In this document: positions 1-11,161 of the stretch, in pieces | Layout of the letters: each line of letters begins with the position of its first letter | Numbering within the stretch: position 1 is the first letter of the stretch | NCBI RefSeq assembly: GCF_009834535.1 | Contig: NC_045697.1 | Span: 10,728,001 to 10,792,000, forward strand | DNA: 64,000 nt | Source of the DNA: Camelus ferus | Lineage: Eukaryota | Reading direction: 5' to 3' | Position numbers and translations under genes: made by a program | Notes under the pieces: model-generated | Seen by the model: the letters and a program-made list of their open reading frames with translations, nothing else | The model's database searches: none | What the model was told of the DNA's origin: nothing

Positions 1-649
1 CACTGTAATTAAACAATACACAGCTCATGTTTGGCTGTACAGAGTATGAAACATTTTCTCAGTGATGCATAACCTTCATTACTGAATATTTTTTAAATAA
101 ACTGGCTTAAGGTTTTTTTTTCTCCTATAAAATGCTACTATTCATTATGTCTTATTTAAGGTAGCCTTTTATTCTGATTAATTCAGAATATTAATACATC
201 TTCAAAGATTATTCTGGTGGTAAGAACATTTATCTTGACTTAAGTTTATTCTTTTTTTAACGCTTTGGCAGATGAAATGACGTCTGAAAACTGCTTGTGG
301 AAACAGAGTGAGGCTGGCAAGGGAGCGCCGTGGTAAGAGCTTCACAGGTTTCCAGGAATATCCTTATACTAAAGGGACTCAAGGCAAAATCTGATGTTCT
401 GGAAGCACAGACCGACAAAGCAGAAGTGATTCTGAGGCTGCTCCCGTCGGGCCGGGGGTGACTCTGCCACTTCGCCAAGCAGGAGCAACTTTTCCCCGCG
501 TGTCAAGTTTTCCAGAGTCAAGGCCGGAGGTCACTGCTGGCTGGCCCACGTGACCTGACCTTCAGCCGGACCACGTGACTGGAGGAAGGACACTGAGATT
601 TGCTTTCCATTAATAACTTAAGTTTTAAATAAATATGTAAGTGCCACTT
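1..649 (-). other. TAPT1: TAPT1 3' UTR (partial), with AATAAA hexamers at 245-250 and 168-173
   Basis: Lies downstream of the stop codon; TTTATT on + at both sites. Whether either is used cannot be determined from sequence. Confidence 0.75.
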
Positions 650-945
650 TTAGCATCTGTCCGTCCTGGTATCACGGCATTTGCCACCCCAGGACTCTGC
701 CTCTTTGGCACAAGGAGCCACAGAATTCAAGTCAATTCGGTTTCCACAAATTGTGAACCTGTCTATCTCTAACAAATCTTTCTTTGAGGATCTGTGTTTT
801 AGCTCAGAGTTTTCTTGTGTTATGTCCTTCTCATCACCATCTGGCGTCGTCAGAAACTGATCAGAATTGCTTGTCACAAGCAGTGGTACGACATTTTCCT
901 TTTGATGAATAGGCTGGCTGGTGACTGAAGCAGACAGGTTTTCTT
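650..945 (-). CDS. TAPT1: TAPT1 exon 14 coding part (EENLSASVTSQPIHQKEN...RFTICGNRIDLNSVAPCAKEAESWGGKCRDTRTDRC*)
   Basis: Acceptor tgtttttccacag|AA is the first AG after a CTAAT branch-like motif; frame is open to TAA at 650-652. Confidence 0.88.
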
Positions 946-2095
946 CTGTGGAAAAACAGATTCACATAATTAGAGGAGGATTTTCCCCCAACTTAAAATA
1001 AACACAAGTTTACCAATATAGTTAAAAAAGGAGTCTATCAGTCACGCTTTTGGATTAGGCGAGTAATAGCCAAACAGCACGCTGCACAAGCACCGCAGTC
1101 AGTGAGGAAACTCAGAGGCTGCATTCCCTCTGTCTGTCACCCAGAATTTTACACAGAAGCTATTAATTATGTGGATCATATCGCACAAATAACACCCTTA
1201 GCTGTGTAACAAACGCCGTCCTATAAAACCAAGCCCCAGTACGATCGCTGCCAGACCTGAACAGTGAACACTGGCCCCTGCTCTCCCGGAGGCGGAGTCC
1301 GGGCTCCCGCTCACGCGCTGACCCGAGCTCCGCGCCGGGCAGCCTCCCCGCCGTCCTCCGCCTTTGGGCTCACCTTCCTTGAGTCTGTTTTCCACCAAGA
1401 CTGAGAAATAACCCTTTAAAAATGTCTGCTGGGTCGCGTCACTCCTCTGCTCCAAGCCCTGCAACGACTCCTTCTCATACAGTCAAAGCCAAGGTCCTCA
1501 CAAGAGCCCGCGGGGCCTGGGTGACTCGGACCCCTGGGCGGCCCCTTCCCTCCACCCTCCCTGCTGTCCCTCGACGTGCCAGGCACGCCCCACCCTGGGC
1601 CCGTGCAGGTGCGTGCTGGCCTCTGCCTGGGCGGCTCCTCCCGGGAAGGCTCCGCCATCTCTGCTCGGATGCCCTCTCCTCGGTTGGGGAGTGCCCCCGG
1701 TTGCCCCTCCCGCGTCCCCTTTCCCGACCCCCTTTAGCGTTCCCGACAGCACTTCCTGCCACAGCGCACATTCACCCACCCTTTCTGCCCAGCTCCCGGC
1801 AGCCGAGCTCCGCCCTTCCCCCAGGCCGCATCCCTGGACCGGCCAGGTGACAGCGGCCCAACAGCCGTCTGCGCAGCGAGGATGAACGTAAAGGCGGAGC
1901 GGTGCGCAGAGGCACCTGCGAGGACATCTGCGGCGTAAACACTAACAATCGGCAACCAAGCAAAGTGAAGTCAAATCTTGAAAGCGCTGCTAGAAGTTGA
2001 CTGAAAGGTGATTTTTCTTTTTTTATTATGTAGAGTTCAGACAATTAATTCTTTAGATAATATTTCACAGAAGTGGTAAGAAGAACTCAACCTAC

Positions 2096-2256
2096 CTTGA
2101 GAGGGTTTACATTTACTTTGTGATTTACTGCACGGTTTGCCCGCAGCGCCGGCTGGGGGAGGGTTAAACAACTTTTCTTCCATCTTGGCTTCCTTCACGT
2201 ACTGGCAGGACTTTCCCAGCAGGACAATGCTGTTAAGCACTTTCAGGGAGATCAAC
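2096..2256 (-). CDS. TAPT1: TAPT1 exon 13 (LISLKVLNSIVLLGKSCQYVKEAKMEEKLFNPPPAGAAGKPCSKSQSKCKPSQ)
   Basis: Acceptor gttttag|G, donor AAG|gtaggt; 161 nt. Confidence 0.96.
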
Positions 2257-2674
2257 CTAAAACCAGAAGGAAACACCCATCCACTGCTGGAACTCATCTC
2301 AGCCTCGGTGAACGCCATGACCTCCACCGCTGATGAGAGGGCGGAGGGCGCAGGGAGGGGCCGGGCATCGCTGGGCGGAGTCTGAGACGGATGAGCTCCT
2401 ACGCAAAGCCCTCTCCGAGGCGTCTTTGACAACGGGGAAAAATTCTGATAAACTCCTTAGTTCTCATTTTAAGAAGAAATTTATCCCACTCAGAAGTCCT
2501 ATCTGTACTAAGTTATTTAACATTTATTCCCTTATTAAAAAACACATACAGTTAGCAAATGCAGACGAACCAAGAAAAAACCTCACAATCCCACAGTCCA
2601 CTGCTAATCACTGCGACGTTTGGTATATTATCTTCCAGTCATTTCTGCTCTGAGTGCACATCTATTTGCACTGT

Positions 2675-2830
2675 TCAGAGTAGAGACTCGGGGCCAAGAG
2701 TATGAGTTCGAATCCTGACTCCACTGCTTAGGTCCGGTGTGGACCTGAGTGAATTTCTTAACTAGCTAATCCTTAAAGGGGGGGATTTCAGTCAGGCGCT
2801 CAGAACCGTGCTGGGCACACAGAAATGCCA
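2675..2830 (+). mobile_element. MIR SINE fragment
   Basis: GAGTTCGAATCCTGACTCCACTGCTTA...GACCTGAGTGAATTTCTTAAC MIR core. Confidence 0.65.
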
Positions 2831-3589
2831 ACTAGTTTGTACCTTACTACCACAAGACAACACATCATGAGCATTCTCCCAGCCTGCTGGTGTTCCTCAG
2901 TGCCATGATCTTAATGGTCTCAGAACATTTCACTGTCCTGGTTATCATGTAACAAAGCCCCCCAAAGCCCTTAATTTCTGATTCTTTAGGTTATTTCTAA
3001 TACTTAGCTTCTATTAAAAAGTTTCTGGCTAAAAGAACTTTATTAAATACATGTTTCCTTAAGATAAATTCCAAAATACCGATAATCACAGAAGTGGGAT
3101 TTCTGGGCCAAAAGGTACACAACATTTTTAGGCATTTGAAACAAATCTGGCAAAAAATTTTGAGAAAATTCTTCACATTGCTGTTTTCTCATAAATAGGG
3201 GCCTGTGAATGACACAGCACCAAGGACCCCACGGCTAGTTCAGAGAGTGAAGACGTGGGTGGCCATTTCTTACTCATGAGATGAACTCCTGGCAGTAACT
3301 GGACATTGAAAATCGGTGAGGGCAAGTCTGAGGAGGGGCCTGGCAGGAGGTCAAAGCAAGATGCAAACAGGCTTCCTTCACTCTCCCAGGCCTCCCAACT
3401 CCAAGGGTATGGATGCAAACACGAGGGCCTCATACAGATCCAAGGTTGCGAGGACCCTCCGCTTGTGGGTGTCACACCTCCAGACTGACCGCCAATCCCA
3501 ACTTTCCCCTGAACTCATCCCTCAGCCCTGCCACTGCATCCTCGACACTGCCTAGGGAGTGTCTAGTAGGACTGCAAGGTACTAAAGCC

Positions 3590-3960
3590 AAATCGGAACT
3601 CTCAATCCCAATTCCAATCCCCCAAAAACCCAACCCAGCCCCACGTGTATCTCTCACAGGCTTCCCCATCCCAGTAAGTGGCACTTCCTCTACCCTGACT
3701 GCTCGGGCCACAAACTCTAATCATGCTTGATTCTTCCTGTTTCCCCACTTCCCACCCAATCAATTCATCAGCAGGTCTTGTCTACCTCCGCTTTCACGTG
3801 AACACCAGCTGACAGATTCTTACCACCCAAACCCAGCCACGGTCCTCTCCCTGGACGACTGTACAGCTCATGACTTGGCTGACCTTGCTTCTCTTCTCGC
3901 TACACTCCAGTCATTCTCAGCACACCAGCCAGGGTGGCCCTTGCAAAAAGCCAGATGGAC
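3590..3960 (+). mobile_element. L2 LINE fragment
   Basis: AAATCGGAACTC..CCCATCCCAGTAAGTGGCACTTCC..CTCTCCCTGGACGACTG pyrimidine-rich L2-like pattern. Confidence 0.5.
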
Positions 3961-5292
3961 CCTGGCCCTCCTCTGCTCAGAAGCCTCCAGGGGTTCCCTC
4001 CCTTCTCATCACTGCCAGCCCCTTCCTGGGCTGTCCCTGCCCACTCTATGCCCAGTAGAGCAGAGATAAACCAGGAACAAAGCTGAGAAGAACTCTGGAG
4101 GGCGGAGGGAACATTTGTGCCAGGAAGGAGGACCTCGTGTTTTTTCATGGCAAAAAACTGAAGAGAGTCTCCTTAACCTAGTAAAGGATTTCTATGTTCA
4201 TTCAGACGGAAAACAGTAAATGGTACACAGTCTGATCTGAACTCTATCTTGCTCTGGGCATCACTGAAATCAGCTGTGCTGCCTGAACGGGGCACTGAAG
4301 CTGTGGGAAGCTTCTTCACGACCTACGGGCTCGGTGTAGACAGTAAGAAGTGACTTGTCCTGCCGGGCCAGTTATTGGGCAGAGAGCAGTGTAGAAAACA
4401 CACTCAAAACGTGAAGCAGGAAGTACCCAGAGGTCTCTGGAAAGCAGACCTCATTCCCGTGGCAGATTCTGGGTGCATTTCCAGCTGAGGTCACCACTGC
4501 GAGGCTTATTCTCTCCTCACCTTCCCCCCTCGAGGGACAACTCAGTTCTGACCATCACCCAGACCCTGAGCACAGCTCCTGGTGCATCACTGCCCGCGAG
4601 CACAGGGATGGATCCCTTTCTGCCTCGGAAGTAAGTGAATCTAAAGCTCGGTTGGGCTACTGTCATAAATTCACACCTTGAGAAAACTAGTGGCGGCAAA
4701 AATGCCTTTTTATATTATTTTCTTCACACTGCTTATTACTATTTTAGTGTTTTAGTTGTGAGTTTGTTACTGTTTGTCATTCCCAGCCAGACATAAGCTG
4801 CATGAGACCAACAAGTCTGCAGATAAAAGTTCAGCCAGTCACAGGCTGAGAACTACAGTCCTGCATCTCCTTTGGGTTTATGATGACATACGCCTAGAAC
4901 GTGCTAAACAACTCATGTAGCAAACAGAGTAGAAACAAAGAGTATTTTTTTTAAACATAGAAAAATGTCTGACTGCAATGGCAGATTTTATCATAAAAGA
5001 AAATATGAGTGAAACTTAAAATTCTAAGCAAAAAAGGGTTTTAAAGTAAATGATTACATTAAAAGATTAAAATAAAATCTAAAGTGCTGTTAATCCTACT
5101 ACTGAATAGCAGATTTAATTTAACCAGAATTAACTGAGTCACAAATGCATCTGGAGATACATGCTCTCAAGGGAGACCCCCAGGACAGTTGGGATGGGTC
5201 CAATATGATTTGGTTGCTATTAACTTCCATTACACCTTGCATTTAAACTTTACTGTATGACCCAAAACATATTCAAGAGTAGTTGATCTTAC

Positions 5293-5369
5293 CCAAAATA
5301 GAAGAGCACGACACAGGCGTAAGACAGGATTCCTTGCACTTTAATTGAGCTTGTAACAACTCTGATGAG
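5293..5369 (-). CDS. TAPT1: TAPT1 exon 12 (LIRVVTSSIKVQGILSYACVVLFYFG)
   Basis: Acceptor ctggctag|CTC, donor TGG|gtaaga; 77 nt. Confidence 0.96.
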
Positions 5370-5426
5370 CTAGCCAGAAACAAACCAAAACAACAAAACA
5401 TAAACCCACAGTTATTAGTTAATATT

Positions 5427-5455
5427 TAAATAAATAAATAAATAAATAAATAATA
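5427..5455. repeat. (TAAA)~6 microsatellite just upstream of the exon 12 branch region
   Basis: Tetranucleotide run. Confidence 0.9.
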
Positions 5456-8263
5456 ATATATTTAACACTTCAGGCACATACTTGTGGCCTTTGTCTAAAT
5501 CCAAATTTGTTGATTCATATCAAAATCTGGCTGCCTGTGGCTACTGCCATGTTCAACTGTTGACTCTAAACGCAGACACTATACCTAATTCATAAATGAC
5601 ATGTTGACTTGTACCTAATAGAGATGCAAATCAGCTGATTTTTAAAGTAAAAAATTATTCTGGAAAATACAAATGAACTCATCTTGCTACACGTGGCCCT
5701 GCCAGAGCTGGAAGCACTGAGTGGGCATTTCCCTAATTCCTGCTTTTTCTGTCCTTTGTTCCTTGACTCTTTAAGAACCCCCAATGACTTGCAGGGAGAG
5801 AGAGAAAAGGGAGCCTTAGGTGGTTTGTACTGTTTAAAAAAAACTAAGTATTATTACAAAATTAATTACTTAAAGGCCGGAAGATTTGTCTCTTTTGGAT
5901 AGTTATGATTAAATACCTATTTTCTTACTTATCTCACATAAATATGAGTAATAGCACTATTTTTGGAAGTCTGCTGAATAAATCTGGTGGGATCTATTGG
6001 TGGGAAATGTTTACACATCATAGGTTCAGCTTAATAACGTGCCCATATATTGGGATATAGGAGGACTGCTATGTGAAAACAGAAAATCAAAGAAAATGAC
6101 TGACCTTACCCAGTAATGTTATCATCAAATGGAAGAATCTCTTAATAAATATCACAAGATACATTTAAAATATTTTAAAAATGCTTTTAATAAAAGAACA
6201 ATTGGGAGGAGACAGACAGAATAGACTGCCATATGTTCAGTAAAACTTCCCAATGAGAAAACTGATACAGAAGTCCTCATCTCTGTCAGTCTCTAACAGG
6301 GAAATGACCTGTTGTACGAACATCTGGGATGGAATTAACATGGCTCTAGAATTTTACTCATTAATATGAAAGGCAAACCAATGATCACATTCAAGGCTTA
6401 AATGACTTCACTTTTATCGAGCATACTATTAGGTAACTTTAAGATACATATGTCCAAATCTAATTTCCATGAGACGTTAATATATGATTTATTTCACTCT
6501 TCTTGGCTATGAATTCATTCTAGGATCTAAGGTAACATTTAGAAGGAAACACTGCCACTCTTGAGTCTTAATTTAAGAATTAACTCGGCTACTGAGGCCT
6601 CTGCATATTCCTCAGGCCCCCGGACGTCTGCCGAAGCTACAGCGCTGCACTGGCACTGTGAGAAACACGCTTTGAAACAAACCTGCTGCACTGCTGCGTA
6701 ACTACACAGTCCGCTTCAAGACTGCAGATTTTCCAGAAGTGTTTTGCTAATCAATTGTTAATTAAGCTTAAATCTTTTTGTATAACAACTATAAAAACTC
6801 ATTTAAAGAATAAATCAAAGACTGAAAAAAATCTAAAAAATATGAATTTAAAAAATTCATACTAATTATGAATAGAGGTTTTGGGCAAAAATGTTACTGG
6901 ATAAATAATTATTATTTGGCAAAGCAGGGCCACATTTAAATCCAACCACTTAACCAATCCCTGAAAAAATAAGTAAAGTCAGGCAACCATGTTTGTCCTC
7001 ACACTGCACGTGTCCTTTCTCCAGTTGCAGGAAACAAACGTAGAGAAATTCAAAATTCTATTTTATCAATCTCTTAAATTTTTAACATATAATTTTACCC
7101 TATAAAATCCCCTGTTTTTCTAAAATTCTAGGAGTTCCTTTTCCCAAGCAAAAGAAATCTATATTATTATATAACAAATAAGCTACTAATACAGTTGAAA
7201 ACACTTAAGGATGTTTTCTGGCGAGTCATGCTGAAATTTAAATAACAAATCTATTGGTCACTGATCCTCTAAAAAAAAGTCAGGCAAGCTGGTCTAAAAT
7301 ACAGTTAATATGACCTACAACTTCTTTATACATCTCTTAGTTGATTTCCATGAGACTCTGCATTATAGGAGAACTCCAGGTGTCCTTTGGCAAAAAGACT
7401 GGTTGCATTTGTTTTGGTGTGAAAATAGGTAGCCAAAAAGGAATATAATCAAATTTAAGTGCAGCCAGCAAATCTTCTTAATTAACATTATGACAGCCTG
7501 ATGTGGCTAGTAACTATTTGCTGGCTGTTCTGAGCAATTCATTAAAATATTTGAAGTTGATGACTGATTTTTTTTGGTAGACCTAGTAAATTTCAGTGCT
7601 ATTATTTAAAAAATATGGTATTTCCTGTGTATAACAGTAGAAACTGTCCTTGTAAAAACTTTGAAAAAATTTAAGAAGTAGTAATTATAATGAATACAGA
7701 ATATTTCTTCATTTGAACATACTATATTCATTTAATCTATTCCATTTGTTTCCAAATTTTTACTACTATCAATGCCGCTGCAGTGCATAATCTTGCCTAT
7801 AAATCATCATGTACCTTCTGTAACTATTTTCTTAGGGTAAATTCCTAGAACTGGAATTACTTCATCAAAGTGTGACACTGTCACACTGCCCCTTAGGAGT
7901 GTTGGGTCAATTTACATTTCCACACATATGCATTACAGTGGCCACATCAATGCTTACCACTAGGTATTTCCAGTCAAAAAGAAGAATCTTTGCCAAATGA
8001 GTGAGCAAAAATGAATATTCTCAATTTTGGGAAAGCCATCACATAAAATAATGCCTTAATATGACTTATCTACTGGATGGCTTAAAATCCAAAAGGACAG
8101 TACTATTTACATTTCAAACTTAAAACTGAATTTCCTTCTAAGTCATTTACCTTTCATTTTTATATCAAGTCCTTCTGAAACAAGCTTATTGATAATCCAT
8201 TTATTGATATTCTGTATGTAATGATAGTCATCTCATAAAAAAGGGAAAAAAGTCTGGACTTAC

Positions 8264-8332
8264 TAGAACAGCCAGTGGGAGAGGAATGAACCCCATCCTC
8301 CGAGCCACGGAGTCACTGTAATCAGTATACGC
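8264..8332 (-). CDS. TAPT1: TAPT1 exon 11 (AYTDYSDSVARRMGFIPLPLAVL)
   Basis: Acceptor ccgtctag|GCG, donor CTA|gtaagt; 69 nt. Confidence 0.96.
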
Positions 8333-8736
8333 CTAGACGGAGAAAGGAGAACAGGATTTATGGGATTTAAACAGCATTTAAAAAGTACTATTCACTCACC
8401 AACAGTAAATGTTCTAAACAGGTGAGGCCATGAGCAAGAAGAGAACCTAGCACCTACTACGTAATTTAGTGAAGTGATATGGAAATCTGAATGTTTATAA
8501 GAAGTTTAAAATACAAAGTTGCATAACTGTTCCAGAGCTGCAGAAATCATACCCTATTTAATGTTAAGTATTATTAAGTATTAGTATTATTTTTATTATT
8601 TCATAAACATTTAGTGTCAAGAACAGAGATAAGTAGGAAGTTTAAATTTACGATAGCTTTCCCTTAATTAATATCCCATGCTAAATCAAACCACTGTTTG
8701 GTTAATTTCAGACTATGTCTTTGATATAATGCTCAC

Positions 8737-8796
8737 ATTCTTCTGTCGACTGCTAACAAGGTCAAAAGCGAGGCTGGCTCTATATTCACTGTAGAC
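8737..8796 (-). CDS. TAPT1: TAPT1 exon 10 (VYSEYRASLAFDLVSSRQKN)
   Basis: Acceptor ctttag|GTC, donor AAT|gtgagc; 60 nt. Confidence 0.96.
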
Positions 8797-10222
8797 CTAA
8801 AGGCAAGTAAGAGTGAAGCATTAATACAGTGCAAATATACAACGTGGAAAGATTTACTCTGTAGATGAAATGTTCAATAGCTAGCTAGGAGGAGTGTGTA
8901 ATAACCAAGCCACATCCGGGTAGTGTTTCTCTATTTGCTTTCCTACAAAAAAGGGTAAAACACAGCCTCAATTCCCCAACTGTTAAGTTCTCAGGCCTTT
9001 TAAAGGTTTCTCTTCAAAGAGGGATAAATATTCAATGATTATGATCCTGAGAGTTCAGAATTTTGGGAATAGTGTTTCTTTTAAGTAGTGTAAGATATAC
9101 AAAATAATTCTGAAATTTTAAATTAAATGAACAGTTTAAACATTTATTATTGTATATCTAACAATAATGATGTCTTCTTAGAAAAATGAATGTTAAGCCT
9201 GATGTAAACCTGAGTTAGGGAACACAGTGGTTATGAAGGCACTTGTAAACTATCATTTCCACTAAAAACTGCACTAAGTATTTTAGTCAAGCCTATTGAT
9301 TTTGACTTCAGATGCTGAGAAAATGATTCCATGAAAAGGGATTTCTACTTTGAGGAAGCTGAGAAGAGTAAAGGGTGAAATTACTTTATTGGTGCTTTGC
9401 AAAAAAAGTGCAAAATCACATTTTATTCAAGTATATTAAAACATTCAGAAACCCCATAATCCAATCATCGTATTGATGCAGTTGCAACTGCATTACAACT
9501 TAAATTTTTGCCTTTTGAAATAAAACAAAAAGCATCAGAGTAAGACAAAGTACAATCCAAATCAAATCTAGACAACTGGTAACATTACTGTTCATTTTGG
9601 GCCTGAGGTAGGATTGAGAAATGCACTAGAAAACTAGCCGATGTTTTGTTTACAATGAGCCTAGAGCCACATATCTATTTCTGGAAATTCTACAGACTGT
9701 CTGGTTACAATATAAAACAAATTTCTCAACGTTCCATCAAATGCTTCCACTAGTAAAACATAAGGCTCTTGTCTTCTAGAGCTTATCAGAAACCTATTCT
9801 CAATCACACACAAAAAACAATTTTTAAATATAAAATATTAAAAAAAATCTAGCCAGAGAGAAAAGTTTTGATAGTCTGATGTTTTAAATAGAAACAATGT
9901 GATTTTTAAAAGCTTAAGTAAACAGACTATGATGGTATTATCAGTTTATAATGATTCTGAGTTAGCCACACCCTAACCTCAGCTACTGGCCAATCTATTT
10001 CTCCATCCAAATGTGTGGAACCAGAACTGTTCACTACTGAAATAATGTACTTTCAGTAGTATATTTATTTTTAGAAATTAAAAATTATAATTCTAACTTT
10101 AAAGTGGTAGTACTCTCCTACTATCTTCATAAATGCAGTAAATTTAAACTGGCTACTCTACAGCTTTCTATTATTAATCAGAAGTCAACACTAAACATTG
10201 AATTGCTTATTGAAATACTTAC

Positions 10223-10332
10223 ATCTGCAGTAATGTCATTGAACTTTGTGATAAAGGCATGTTTTACAATATCCACAGCGATTTCCGATGCAATCACCAT
10301 ACAGACATCTGGAAACAACACCCAGAGATGAT
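10223..10332 (-). CDS. TAPT1: TAPT1 exon 9 (DHLWVLFPDVCMVIASEIAVDIVKHAFITKFNDITAD)
   Basis: Acceptor ctttatag|AT, donor GAT|gtaagt; 110 nt. Confidence 0.97.
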
Positions 10333-10534
10333 CTATAAAGTGGAGGGAAAAGAGACAATTAAATCTCTTAGAATGAACAGAGTCCATAATATCCCATCAC
10401 AGGCCACCATGGCAGATGTCAGAAATCTCCACAGGGCAAGACTGTAATGTTTTCAACAAGTGGTAACAGAGAGAACCAGCATTCAATTAATCATAAAAAG
10501 AGCCATATTTTATCAAGTTAAAAGATAAGTCATT

Positions 10535-11161
10535 TCCCTACTTCAGGATGACACCTGCACCCCAATGTTCACAGCAGCACTGTTTACAATAGCCAAGACA
10601 CGGAGACAGCCTAAATGTCCATCAACAGATGACTGGATAGAGAAGAGGTGGTATATTTATACAATGGAATACTATTCAGCCATAAAAACCGACAACATAA
10701 CGCCATTTGCAGCAACATGGATGTTCCTGGAGAATGTCAGTCTAAATGAAGTAAGCCAGAGAGAGAAAGAAAAATACCACATGAGATCGCTCATATGTGG
10801 AATCTAAAAAAAAAACAAAAACAAAAACATAAATACAAATCAGAAACAGAATCATAGACATAGAATACAAACTTGTGGTTGCCAAGGGGGCGGAGGGTGG
10901 GAAGGGACAGGCCGGGATTTCAAAATGTAGAATAGATAAACAAGATTATACTGTATAGCACAGGGAAATATACACAAGATCTTATGGTTGCTCACAGAGA
11001 AAAAAATGTGACAATGAATATATATATGTTCATGTATAACTGAAAAATTGTGCTCTTCACTGGAATTTGACACAACATTGCAAAATGATTGTAGCTCAAT
11101 AAAAAATGTTAAAAAATAAAAATAAAAACCCCTCAATGCTCAAAAAAAAAAAAAAAAAAAA
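10535..11161 (+). mobile_element. 5'-truncated LINE-1 (ORF2 C-terminus, 3' UTR, poly-A); young lineage-specific family
   Basis: ORF 10565..10807 MFTAALFTIAKT...YTMEYYSAIK...WMFLENV is the L1 ORF2 end; poly-A tail; TSD-like TAAGTCATT on both sides (10526-10534 and 11165-11173). Confidence 0.93.

Noticed and set aside
1198..2044. Cluster of overlapping 70-140 aa ORFs in intron 13
   Set aside because: Artefacts of the GC-rich patch, with no recognisable domain or exon structure
4510..4700. Minus-strand donor AAG|GTGAGG at ~4520 suggesting a cryptic exon in intron 12
   Set aside because: No convincing matching acceptor or pyrimidine tract
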